The notes beneath the pieces were generated by a model. That model was not told the origin of the DNA. It was given only the letters and a program-made list of their open reading frames with translations, and made no database searches. Below are positions 14,889 through 26,120 of a stretch of DNA of 64,000 nucleotides, piece after piece. Location of the stretch: the NCBI RefSeq assembly GCF_009914755.1, contig NC_060929.1; one strand, 5' to 3'. Made by a program: the position numbers and the translations under genes. Positions within the stretch are counted from its first letter, which is position 1. Each line of letters begins with the position of its first letter. The DNA is from the human T2T-CHM13v2.0 reference genome, Homo sapiens.

Positions 14889-15390
14889 AGAATACCCATC
14901 ATTTAAGGATTCTTTTAAATAGTATAAAAACAACACAATTTAAGCGTTATTTGTTTTGTGAATTACATCGTCTGCAACACCTCAGTTGCACATGGCAATT
15001 TAAGAGACAAACCCTCATATAAATACGCCCAACATTGAGCCGGGGGGAGAGGGAGAACACATGTATATCTAATTTCAGAATTTAAAAACTTTCATAAAGT
15101 AAAATTGTTTGGAATGAAATAAACAGGAACTAGGTGGCTCCATATATGCCCCGATTTTTACATGAACAGATCATTTAGCGCTTGGTCCTCCTGCCCATTT
15201 TTAACAGTGGTTTTTATAGATGCAATGAATGTGCTTCCGTCTTCCTCCTATTAGCCACCTCATATTATGGTATGAACCTCCCTAAAGTTGAAGAGTGGTC
15301 CCAACTGCAAGACCAAATGCTACAGTTTAAACATACTCAAACATTTCAGCAGTCTTTGTGAAGAGCTGAGGGTGAGCACAATAGGACTAG

Positions 15391-15751
15391 TGAAAGATTC
15401 TCTCCCCCAGCCTGGAAGCTTGGGGGGATGAATAACTCCTCCCTCCTCAGGCCCAGTCCGCAAGGCCTGGTGCGTCGCCCAGATAGCAGAAGCAGGAAGA
15501 CAGCTGGCCGGAAGACAGGTACCCCCTGGAGATTGAGAGGGGCCGTCAGGGTACCACGTAGCAGTTACAGTCAGACTGGGACACTTCCTGTTTACAGAAG
15601 ACTATAAAACCCCTGCCCCATCCTCACTTGGGGCTGACGCCATTTTAGGCCTCAGCCCGCCTGGGCTCATTACAACAGCGCGTTACTCCACACCGCCTTG
15701 TGTTGTTTGTTGGTGCGCTCTCGGGGTTCGGACCAATACAAGAGCCTTGCA
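15391..15751 (+). mobile_element. Solo ERVK-class LTR, LTR3-like (HML-6)
   Basis: TG...CA termini. TSD ACTAG at 15386-15390 and 15752-15756. GGATGAATAACTCCTCCCTCCTCAGGCCCAG and AGATAGCAGAAGCAGGAAGA motifs recalled from LTR3. TATAAAA at 15603-15609. Confidence 0.8.
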
Positions 15752-15879
15752 ACTAGGTGTTGGACTTTGGTGTTTTGCTTATTATGTGTCACTTAAATAC
15801 GGTTTATGACAGCAGTTAATTAAATATTTTGTCTGTAAACCTGGGTTCCTGTCCTGGCCAATGCCACAACCATCCACTC

Positions 15880-16600
15880 AGCTCCCCAGAGGTGATACCT
15901 TGGAACCATTTTTTACTCCTTCCCCTCCCTTACCCCACACATCCAACTGGCCTCAAATCCTGTTGGCTGTACCATGCCAACATACCCAGAATCTGTTTCC
16001 TTTTTCAACTCACAGTCCTAGCAGATTTATACTTCTAAAACACGGATCTGGTGACATCATCCTCTTGCTGAAAAGCTTCAGCCACCTGCAGCACCCTGGG
16101 CAGAGCCCTCCACAAGCTGCCTCAATGCCTCCTCTGTCTTCAGGGCTTCACCACATCACCTTGTCCCTGTGCGTCAGTCACCAGGAGGCCCCTTGCTGTT
16201 CTGGGGCCAAGTCCTACATTCCCCACCTCTGGGCTTTGCTCCTGCTTTTCCCTTCACCCCACTGCTCCTCCTCCCCCTTGCCTCCCAAATACGGAGACCT
16301 CACTCCGCAATTGAAATGCTTCCTCCTTCAATGGAGCCCAGCCTGACCTCCCAGCTGGACAGAGCCACTTTTGGCCTTCTTAGCATCTTCTGCATTCTGC
16401 ATTTGGGACAGAGAATAGTCAGGCCTTAGACTAGAAAGACTTTTCACATCTCTACCTTCTTCACTGAAATGTGGGCCGACAGTAGGTACACAGCCAGTAA
16501 ATTCTGAACTAGTTCATCGCTGCATCTCTGCAGTGTGTAGAACTTTTCCTTGCCAAGAGTAGGTGCTAAATAAATTATCTATTGAATTAAATTGAACTGC
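15880..16600 (+). mobile_element. Degenerate L2 LINE fragments
   Basis: CCTTGGAACCATTTTTTACTCC...ATCCAA...CAAATCCTGTTGGCT (L2 ORF2-like) and 3' end AGTAGGTGCTAAATAAAT...TTGAATT. Boundaries approximate. Confidence 0.55.
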
Positions 16601-17164
16601 TGCTTTCACTAGATCTAGTAGCCTGAACCAGAGTACAATGACTTTTGTCAGAGGGAAGATCCACTTAGGTTGTGCCATGCAGTCTATTTCATTCCTTGCT
16701 AAAAACGTGTTTCTGTTTTATAGGTAAGAGTTGCAAGCCCCAGGAGGATATTCCTGACAGAGTATCTAATTCAACCTTCTGTCCCTCCAGTTCTACCCTG
16801 CGCCAGGGTCAAAACTGCCACCCTTATGTAACTATTTATTTTTATCCCGACCATAAAATAGGACTAGAATCCCAAATAAAATCACCTACCATTTGCCATT
16901 TGATATTTCTTAGGGTGATTTTGACTCAAGACACTCTAAGAACCTCCAGAGACAGTGAGTGTCCCCTCCTAGCAATGGTATTTCACTGAGAAGTAGGAAT
17001 TTAGGTCCCAGTTGCACTAAAGCCTCAGACGAAATCCTCAAAAAGCTACTTCTAAACTTGTTCTATGTCAGGACTCACTTCTATGTAATAGGAAAAATGT
17101 GAGAACTATGATTGGACAATTTTAATATTTTTTTAATTTTAAATATTGAGTACACAACACAGCT

Positions 17165-17410
17165 ATATGGAGGAGCACAAAACTCAGATTCATATGGTTT
17201 GGGACCTTGTCCACACCCTTCCCTTACCAGAGGTGTGCTCTTAGGCAAATTACTTGACCTCTTTGAACCTGTTATCTCATCTTTAAATTGGGCATAATAA
17301 TACCTATCCTGCCTAACCTAGAGGGTTGTGATAAGATGAAATAAGGCAATGTTTATAAACACATTTTGAAAAATACAAGCACTATATAAATAGTCTTTAT
17401 TATTAATAAT
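17165..17410 (+). mobile_element. MIR SINE
   Basis: TTAGGCAAATTACTTGACCTCTTTGAACCT...CTCATCTTTAAATTGGGCATAATAATACCTA...AGGGTTGTGATAAGAT. Confidence 0.75.
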
Positions 17411-18667
17411 AACACCATTAAATACAGTCAGTAAGCTGACTTCTAATTCTAATGTAGAACTCAGCAAGACTCATTTGGGGAAACGTTATCTCCTTACTGG
17501 GCAAAACAGCCCTATCTAAACACCTCAAAGCTGGGAGCCAATCTATTCTCTCCCCAACAAGGTGCCACCCAGGAAGGTGTGTTGAGCACTTTAAACATGG
17601 CCAAGGAAAAACAATAAAAGATGCAAATACATTATGGTTACTTTCCACAGAACAAGCAAGTTAAGACTAGGTATGGTTGATGACATGCATTGTCCTATTC
17701 GTACATTTAAAACTCTTTCATGTTCTACGCAGAATTTGCATTTCAATAACAATGTGATAATGTCAAGTTATTCACAACATTTCAAAGGCTTGTCTTGCAC
17801 ACCTGGCATGTTGGAAGATCTGCTAGAGAACTGGATGTAGCTGTTTTCTAGCAGCAAAGGCAATTACATTGTCCTTTTAATTCTTGGGAACGGATGTGTT
17901 TGGGCAATATTAACAGGTTTTGTGTTTTTGACACAACAAAATATGAAAACGAAAGCATCACCCTCGGAGATATCCCTGGAGAATTAATTAACCAGCATAT
18001 TCAACATGTTGAACTTCCCCTCATCACAACTGAGAGGAAACACCTTGTAGATAAAAGTTGACTTTTTAATAGAAACCTTTCCCTGTACTCTGAACATCCC
18101 TTTATAATTTAAAAAAAAAAAGTATCCAAAAGATGTGTTACCTTTTCTCTTGGCTACATGTGAATCTACTCTGCTCTTTCTAACTTTTGACATCTCCTCC
18201 TTGGACAAAGGTGGGATCATGCAACAGGGAGGACTTTTTTCTATTAAAAATAAAGCCATACTGCTATGCAGTCAGACACATACTCTAAAAATTATTTTAG
18301 ACAACCACTACCCTGGAACACAGTACATCAAATATTACGAATCAATTTAATTTCAGTAATTTCTCATTAAGGTGCCTACAGATCAGTAAGTCTAATTGTA
18401 AAAGCTAAGCATTTATAATTCATAAGCATAATTACACTAAACTAGATGGGTTATATGCTATTAGGGTTTTGTATAAGCTACAAAATAATTGTTCACAGAG
18501 AAATATAATTCATAAATTGGCATTAATATATCATATCTAACCTTTATCAGACCCTCTAGTTAAAAGTTGAATGTAAATAGCACATTAACATCCTAATTCA
18601 GGTTTTTGATATTTGTTCTAAAACTCATGACACAGGAAAAAGTACTTTTAATCAAAAATAAGGCCCA

Positions 18668-19210
18668 CTCTTTCCGGTGTGGAGTCTGGAGACAACGTGC
18701 AGAAATGGCACCTCGAAAGGGGAAGGAAAAGGAAGAACAGGTCATCAGCCTCTGACCTCAGGTGGCTGACGGAGAAAACATATTTGGTGTCCGCCATATC
18801 GTTGCACCCTTCAATGACACTTTTGTCCATGTCACTGATCTTTCTGGCAAAGAAACCCTCTGCCGTGTGACTGGTGGGATGAAGGTGAAGGCAGACCGAG
18901 ATGAATCTTTGCCATATGCTGCTATGTTGGCTGCCCAGGATATGGCTCAGAGGTGCAAGGAACTGGGTATTACTGCCTTACACATCAAACACCGGGCCAC
19001 AGGAGGAAATAGGACAAAGACTCCTGGACCTGGGGCCCAGTCGGCCCTCGAGCCCTTGCCCCCTCGGGTATGAAGATGGGGTGGATAGAGGACGTCCCCC
19101 CCATCCTCTCTGACAGCACCCGCAGGAAGGGGGGTCGCCGTGGTCGCCATCTGTGAACAAGACAAGACTCCTCAAAATATTTTGTTAATAAATTCCCTTC
19201 ATGAAAAACA
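18668..19210 (+). pseudogene. RPS14P8: Processed pseudogene of 40S ribosomal protein S14 (uS11), probably RPS14P8
   Basis: Intronless. 5'TOP CTCTTTCC at 18668, ATG at 18705 (MAPRKGKE...). Translation [16 protein letters not shown]...[15 protein letters not shown]...YAAMLAAQD...GPGAQSAL matches RPS14. Premature TGA at 18753-18755, 1-bp deletion near 19049, original stop at 19154-19156, AATAAA at 19187-19192, remnant A-tail, TSD core AAGGCCCA at 18660-18667 and 19211-19218. The P8 number is recalled from its position in SEMA6A intron 1 and is less certain than the RPS14 call. Confidence 0.93.
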
Positions 19211-22200
19211 AAGGCCCAATTCTCTACAGTGTCTACAATATTCCCTAGTTGCTATGTTTAGTACTTTATAAAGGGTACACTTGGGCAAAGGAAATGCTGC
19301 TAGGTCCAGCACTTCTGCAGTATGCTTTTATTTGAAAGAACTGGGGCACCACTCAAAATCCCATTCAATCTTTGGAAGGAATGGCCTCGAATCCAGCCAG
19401 AAGCCAGTAAATATCAGCAATTTTGATAGGTAAATTCCTTTAAAATTAGGAATGGTTCCTCTGAAGATTCAAATACTCCACACCACTTACAAATTTCAGT
19501 TGTTCCCCAAGTGATATTTCATTCTTTGTATGACCATTCTGAAATGATGCAGAATCACATTTTTCCTTGTAATGAGAATCTAGTGTGGTTTGCATGGCAA
19601 GACAAAGGAAGCAAGTTCATGTCACTACTGGCTGAAAATACTCTACCTAAATACAGCCTCCAAGGCACACAAAAGAAAATCTGTAATCAGAAATCATTAA
19701 TTAAGGTTAATTAAAGTCCACATTGTATTTGACTGACATCTACACAAAAAGTACTTTTTACTTTTCTTAAGCTACGTGTGCAATGTTGTGTCTAACCCGA
19801 CACCCAAGAGTAATCACAATCTTGTTATCATTTGAGAGAATGAACTCAATTCAACAAAATTCTTTTTAATGAAAAAAGCTTTGATCTTACTCCCACTGTT
19901 CTCCTCCATTCCATGTCTTTTGTTGTTGTTTAAACATCTAGCCTATGCGAATACTGTAAAATGAACAGAACCTATTTTCTTACCCTGCCAAATAATCAGG
20001 GGTCCATAATACTGAATTTACAAATGCACATTTTCTTTGCTTCTCAGAGATATCTGAGGGGAGGTGGAGAAGGGCTGGGAGATAATTGAAGCCTCTGGGT
20101 GAGCCAGACCACATGATCAAAAACTGCTGTGACACTTATGTTTCTCCACAAGAAATTCCGGTGCCTAGAAGCCCGGTGAAACCAGTAGCAATTAAGGCCA
20201 TGTTATCCTTTTAATTTACTTCACATTATTGGCCTCTAAAATCAATCCTTTAATGTGGTTGGGTAACGGATGGGTCAACAAAATAGGCACGTGCATTAAA
20301 AATGCTTGTTGATCTTACACAAAAATGTTGGCAGGCTGGATCTGGAGAAATTTAAAACGCTGCCTTGAAGCTCATTCTGAAATAAAAACTAGTCATTTTC
20401 TAGTAAAAAGGAAAAAAATGACTGATTTTCTAGATTAGTCCCATTTGTAAGGAATTCAAAGTTTCTTCTTCTAAATCAGCCTAGATTTTCACTTATGCTT
20501 TGCATGTCTTGAATTCAACACTGTTTGCTTCCAGTGTGAGATTATTTTATGTTTTAATCTACAAAGGAATTAAATTGCTTGGCTTAGACTGGTAGGAGTC
20601 CTTGAAAGTCCACTTGAGAAATGGAAACTGAAACATGAAGTGTACCACTATCCGTTGCACAAGGCCAAATTTGCCAACCAGAAGCAAGCTGTGTTCTGCA
20701 TCACACGTGAAGCACATAAATCGCCAGAATGTGTGTATGTGTATCACCCTCTTACAGCAATTTACTCCCCAAATCCTTTCTTGACCAAGTCACACAATAT
20801 ATACACCACTGGAGAACATTCTCTAATCAACTCTAAAGTCACAAACCTAAAAAAAAATAGCAAAATATTGAAATTATTAAATAATTGAAAAATGTTCATA
20901 TACTATTCACGAGTTGACAAAGCAGTAGACCTACAGTCCAAAATGTATGAGCCTTTTGTTGCAAAATACAGTAAAATGGTCTCTAGCTCCTTAGCAATGA
21001 GTGTCAAGTGTAAAAAAGGAAAGGTTAAACCTGAAGTAAAGCTCTACATGTTTCCATTGCCAAAATAACACACGGCACACAGCAATCATGATGTCATTTT
21101 ATTTATTTAGTAATCTGCAAAGCCAAAGCCAAATTATGGAGCAGAAATTTTAAGCAAAGTCATGAATGGCCTCATTTACCTCCACATTTGTGAATAGTCT
21201 TAATGAAGAGTTTGCGTCCCTTTGCTTTCTTGTTGAAATATGAAAGTGACATCAGCCTCTGTACTGTATTTTTATTTATTTATTTTTTTTGCCAGCAAGA
21301 CTGAGCAAGAGGCAAATCCTGGATTAAATACCAGCTGGATGTGCACATAACAAGGTCCAGGGAGACACTCTCAGAAGTTGCCTCTTTTAATCCAACACTG
21401 AATTATACGAGAAGCGGTTTTCAGTCTTTCAGAGCACAACTGTCAAAATAACTGCAAGGCTTGCAAGCCCTAGTATATCTCAAACCTTTCCCAAGACACC
21501 CCAACACTATGTGAGGCACTGAAACTATGGCAACCGAATAAGAAAGCAGCCTCCATGATTAACAGATGAAGATCCCAGCGACAGTGTCTAGCTAGGGCCA
21601 TCATTCATGATACAAGAAGAATTAGCACAGAATCCGTCTCGAAAACCATTAACAAGTATTCTTATAAAAATCAACTCCACTGCCATTCTGCCAATATACT
21701 TGAGTTTAGAATGCTACAAACAATTTGGTTTCTATTTATCGCTCACTATGCAGGAATGAGAATGTTCTTAGAAACTCAGATGCTCATGTTTTTAAAATAG
21801 TGAAAGGCTTAATAGAATGGTTTTCCACCTGGGTATTTTAGGCCTAAGAACAAATACATTGAAAAACCAAAATATGTGAATGAAATCAAGTGGCTCTCTG
21901 GGTAGAAAGGAGGAGGGACAGTTGTTGAATTGTTTTGAGTGTTTTTTTGTGGAATGCAATTTTTTGTAAAGCATTCCATTTTCAGGAAAGGAACGTTTCC
22001 ATTCACCAGCTCAATCAGTATTCTCTCAGTTTCCTCATTCAAGGACAGTAGGAGTCTGGGGGAGGGGCGGGGAAGTGCTGAAGTCGCTGCAATATTAATG
22101 AAAAGACTGAATACTTTTCTTTAAAAAACGAATCAGGAATAGGAACAGGGAAAGAAGAATGGATCTATCACAGCTTGTCTGTAAAACCCTCATAGAACAT

Positions 22201-23609
22201 TAAAACATAATTAATACAATCTTTATTTCTTCGTAGTCTCTAACAATGTTTATTTTCCAATGGCATGTTTTCATTGTATTTAATGCCAGATCCTGTTCTG
22301 TTCTATAAATGCTTCTAATCAAATCATGGCCAAAGGCTGGTCTTTGAAGCGTAGAGGGGCAGAAGGGCTAAGAAAGGCGTAAACAGCACCAACTTTAGAG
22401 CTTCTTCTGCTAAATTTTTTTAATTGGCATGGATTCTTTGAATTTAATGTTCTACAGATGACAATTATAGGTTAGTTGGAAATTCCTAGAAAGCACCTAG
22501 GAATATTAAAAGAAAGCTTCAAGTCTAAAGGCTGCATGAGGAAGTATCTATTACTAACAATGCTTTCTAAGCAAAAGTCACCATACTGGCTGCTAAGAAG
22601 GATCTGAAACTTCGGTCCTTGCAGCATGTTAATTACTGATTTATCTCACACTCTTTCCATTCTGTTTCCACTTACAGAGTTTGAGAACATTTTATTTCCT
22701 AGTTGAAAATAACTGTAACTCTAAGCCATGGAGGCATTCCTGGAAAACATAATGGTAGCAGGGAATTGTGGTGATAACATCAATTTATTTCCCCTTCTGC
22801 TGTGCCTTTTAGAAGTCAGATTTTTCTCACTGATAAGAACTTGTATGACTATCATTTGAATCAAATTTCAGGTTTTGTAGTAGTGTGTCTGTCAGCAGAA
22901 TAACTGCTATCTCTACTGGGGTCAGCCAATTATTTCCTACCTTTGGTGTGGAAGGCAGTAGTTTGCTTTTGCTCCCAAATTGATTTCAAGCTTGGCCAGG
23001 GAAGAGTGACCTGGCAGATGCATGCCCAACCTGAAGACCCTCTTGCAGAAGTCCTAGCCACAACCTCCTCAAGGGTTCCAATCAGCAGCCGAGTTTCTCT
23101 CCTAAGACAGGTGTGGTCCTTGGGAATTCAACTCATCCCTAAAATTGTCATTATGAGTTGCTTTCAGATTCTAAATGTAGGTGCAGAGTGTACATTTTAT
23201 TATTAAAATGTTAATAAGTGATAGCTATCATTTTTCAAAAACTATCCCTTGGGCTCCTATTTGATATAAGGCTCTGCTTGTTATTATTATTATTTTTTAT
23301 ATATAGTGGTTTTTTCCTTCCATGTTTTGGGTGTGATATTTCAAATTCCAAAGTTTCCCTGTTTCCTGTTTCCCTGCAAGTGATGTATTCACATGCTTCT
23401 CAACTTAAAACCCATGACATTATGGCCTGTTTATGGTATGAATGTTTGTTTCTAGTCCAAAGGTTGTTTTCTTTTGCATCATCTCTTTATATTACAGATT
23501 CGTAGCCATTTCCTTTTCTACTATTTCCCCTGCCCCCCAGAATAAAAGTACTATCTGCTTTTTCAAAATCCATTCCTAGGACATTTTTCGTAACTACTGT
23601 TACTCAAGT

Positions 23610-23800
23610 AAAAATAATACCTTATGTTGAATGACTGCTTGTTGTGTGCCCGGCATTGTGACATGCATTTTACAGATGTTAGCACATTTATTCTTCTCAA
23701 AACCATAACATTATCATCATACTAGCACTTTGCAAATGAAAACTGAAGGAGAAAGGAAACTGGCATAAAGTCACACTGTTGGTAAATGGCAAAACAAATC
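23610..23800 (-). mobile_element. MIR SINE (degenerate)
   Basis: TGTGTGCCCGGCATTGTG...TTTGCAAATGAAAACTGAAGG...AAGTCACACTGTTGGTAAATGGC. Confidence 0.65.
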
Positions 23801-24367
23801 CACGTGCATTGTCTGTCAAAAAAGCATGACCTCCGCAATGCCTCTAGAGTTGTCCACTACCTTCCCTCCAACGGTCCCTTCACATTTATTAACCTCACGC
23901 CACAAGATCTAACGAATTCGGCCTTGTTATGACAAAGATGGAAACTTCTACTAGTCCTGGTTCACCCTGACATATTAATCGTTACACTGATTTGAACTAT
24001 TTCAGAATTTAACTGAGCAAAAACAATTATCTTACTTTTAAACTAATTCCTGGCAGAATGGTACTCCTATGACCTTGCCTGATTTAATGATAATGTTGAA
24101 AGCAATGTTTCCTTGACATGGTAGGTGTTCTAATTAATAAAGTTGCTATCCATGCTCTAGGTGAACTGTACAATTTCAATGAATTTGAACATATTATTTA
24201 GTTGCATAATGTGATTTACATTAAAACTACATGAACAGTGTATATTCTACCAAAAATAATTTAGAAGATGAAGTAGGATCTCTGTTATATCCAGGGTCCA
24301 GAGTGGGAAAGAGGGGGTTAACATCAAACTTCCCAAATTTCCACAATGCGTGTAATATTTCACTAAA

Positions 24368-24540
24368 TACATTCACATTCATGATTTCGTATTATTTTCC
24401 CAGTAATCCTATAAGTTAGGAAGAATAGGTTTACTATTTATAATTTTCAATTAAAATAATGCAGCCACAGAGAAGTTAAGTGACTTGTCCAAGGTAGTGA
24501 GAGTCTGGAACTCAGGTCTTCTTGTCTCCAAGTGCAGGAT
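24368..24540 (-). mobile_element. MIR/MIR3 SINE (degenerate)
   Basis: CACAGAGAAGTTAAGTGACTTGTCCAAGGT...GGAACTCAGGTCTTCTTG. Confidence 0.65.
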
Positions 24541-24960
24541 CCTCAACAGCAGATATACTGTACGGGTACAGGGCAGAAACATGGGTTAATAAAGTATGCT
24601 GTATTCTCCTGATAGAAAGTTGAATTTTAAAACTACTATTAGCAAACTCCAAAAAAACATGAACGTTCTATGGCCAGTGGTTAGAATGCAGAACAAATGA
24701 GGCCAGGGTCAAAAGCTCAATCCCCACAAATGCTGGCTGTCTTCTTAGCTCTGTTTCTTGGCAAGTTGATTTTACCTAACTCAGACTCCCTCCAGCTACA
24801 ACCAGGTGTCTCACAGATGTGTGCTCTTGGACACAGGAGGGGACTGGGTGAGAATGTGGGAATGAACAGGCTCCAATCCATCACTACCACTGGAAAAACA
24901 ACACAGTGAATGTTCCACTAATGATGCATGAGCCATACCACCTATGTGCTTGGAAGATTG

Positions 24961-25028
24961 TACACACACACACACACACACACACATTCATGCATGAAGT
25001 ACACACACACACATGCATGCATGAAGTA
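24961..25028 (+). repeat. Compound (CA)n-CATGCATGAAG duplicated microsatellite
   Basis: Two units of TA(CA)n...CATGCATGAAG in tandem. Confidence 0.8.
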
Positions 25029-25119
25029 TCTCATTTGATAAAAACATGATATAGAAAAACAAAGGCAGACAAAATAGATAAAATAAAGACTAGTTGTTTG
25101 CAAAAATGATTCACTGTTT

Positions 25120-26120
25120 ATTCATTCAGCAAACACTTGTTATGGATGGCCCATGATGTGCCAGGCACAGCTTTAGGTGCCAGAGTGAATAAAGCCTAAA
25201 AATGTCTATCCTTATGGCATTATGTTCTAGTGGAAGACAGAAAATCAACAAGGACAACATATAGTTTGTCAGACTGTGAAAAATGCTAAGAAAAAAATAA
25301 GGACTGCCAAGAGGTGGGGAGTGCTGTGGGAAAGAGTAAAGTAAATAAGGGGATCAAAAGGCTTCACTGAGAAAGTGACATTTGAACAGAGACCTGAAGA
25401 ATATGAGAAGCAAATCATGTAGCTATCTGGGGAAAGAACCATCCCAAGGCATGAAAGAGTAAGTCCTTGCAAAGGACCCCAAGTATATGCCATGCTTGAC
25501 AGATTCAAGCAAGCCCAAGGGGTGGAGGTCAGAGAGGTTGGAACCTGAGTGCAGATCATGTGGGGCTGCAAAGGCCATAGGAAGGACTTTGGCTTTTATT
25601 GGAAGAAGATGGGAAAACATCTGAGCAAAGTAGTGATCTGATCTGGTTTAGTTTAAAAAAAAAATCACTGCTGTGTTTTGGCTGCTGTGTTGAGAAATGG
25701 GCAGAGGCAGGAATGCTAGTGGGGAAGCTGGCATGAAAACCTAGCAGGAGAGGACCATGGCTTGGCCAATTTGAGGGCCACAGAGGAGGAACACCTGAAG
25801 GAAGCCTGCAGGTATTCCAAAGGTGGAGCCAACAGCATTGCAGCCACAATGGATGTAGGTGTGACAGAGAAGCTTCAAGGAGAACTAAATTTGGGGGCCG
25901 GCAACTCAAAGAATGGAGTTGCCATTTACTATGATGGAGAAGACTATGAGAAAGGCAGATATGGGGGAGAAAGATACAGAATTAGGTTTTTTAAACCTAA
26001 GTTTGAGATGTCTATTCAGGAGGAGCTACCTACCCACTAAGCATTGGTTATTTGTGAGGTCCAGGAGAGAGGTCTAAGCTGAAGAGGTTATTTGGGAATC
26101 ATCTGTGTATTATGGTTTTA
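25120..26120 (-). mobile_element. L2 LINE 3' fragment (~1 kb)
   Basis: TTCATTCAGCAAACACTT...GTGCCAGGCACAG (L2 3' end in reverse), GGCTTCACTGAGAAAGTGACATTTGAACAGAGACCTGAAG and AAGTTTGAGATGTCTATT, all typical L2 segments. Confidence 0.85.

Noticed and set aside
18762-19073. 103-aa RPS14-like ORF as a functional gene
   Set aside because: It starts at a GTG after a premature stop, frameshifts before the conserved C-terminus, and is intronless with a TSD and A-tail, so it is a processed pseudogene.
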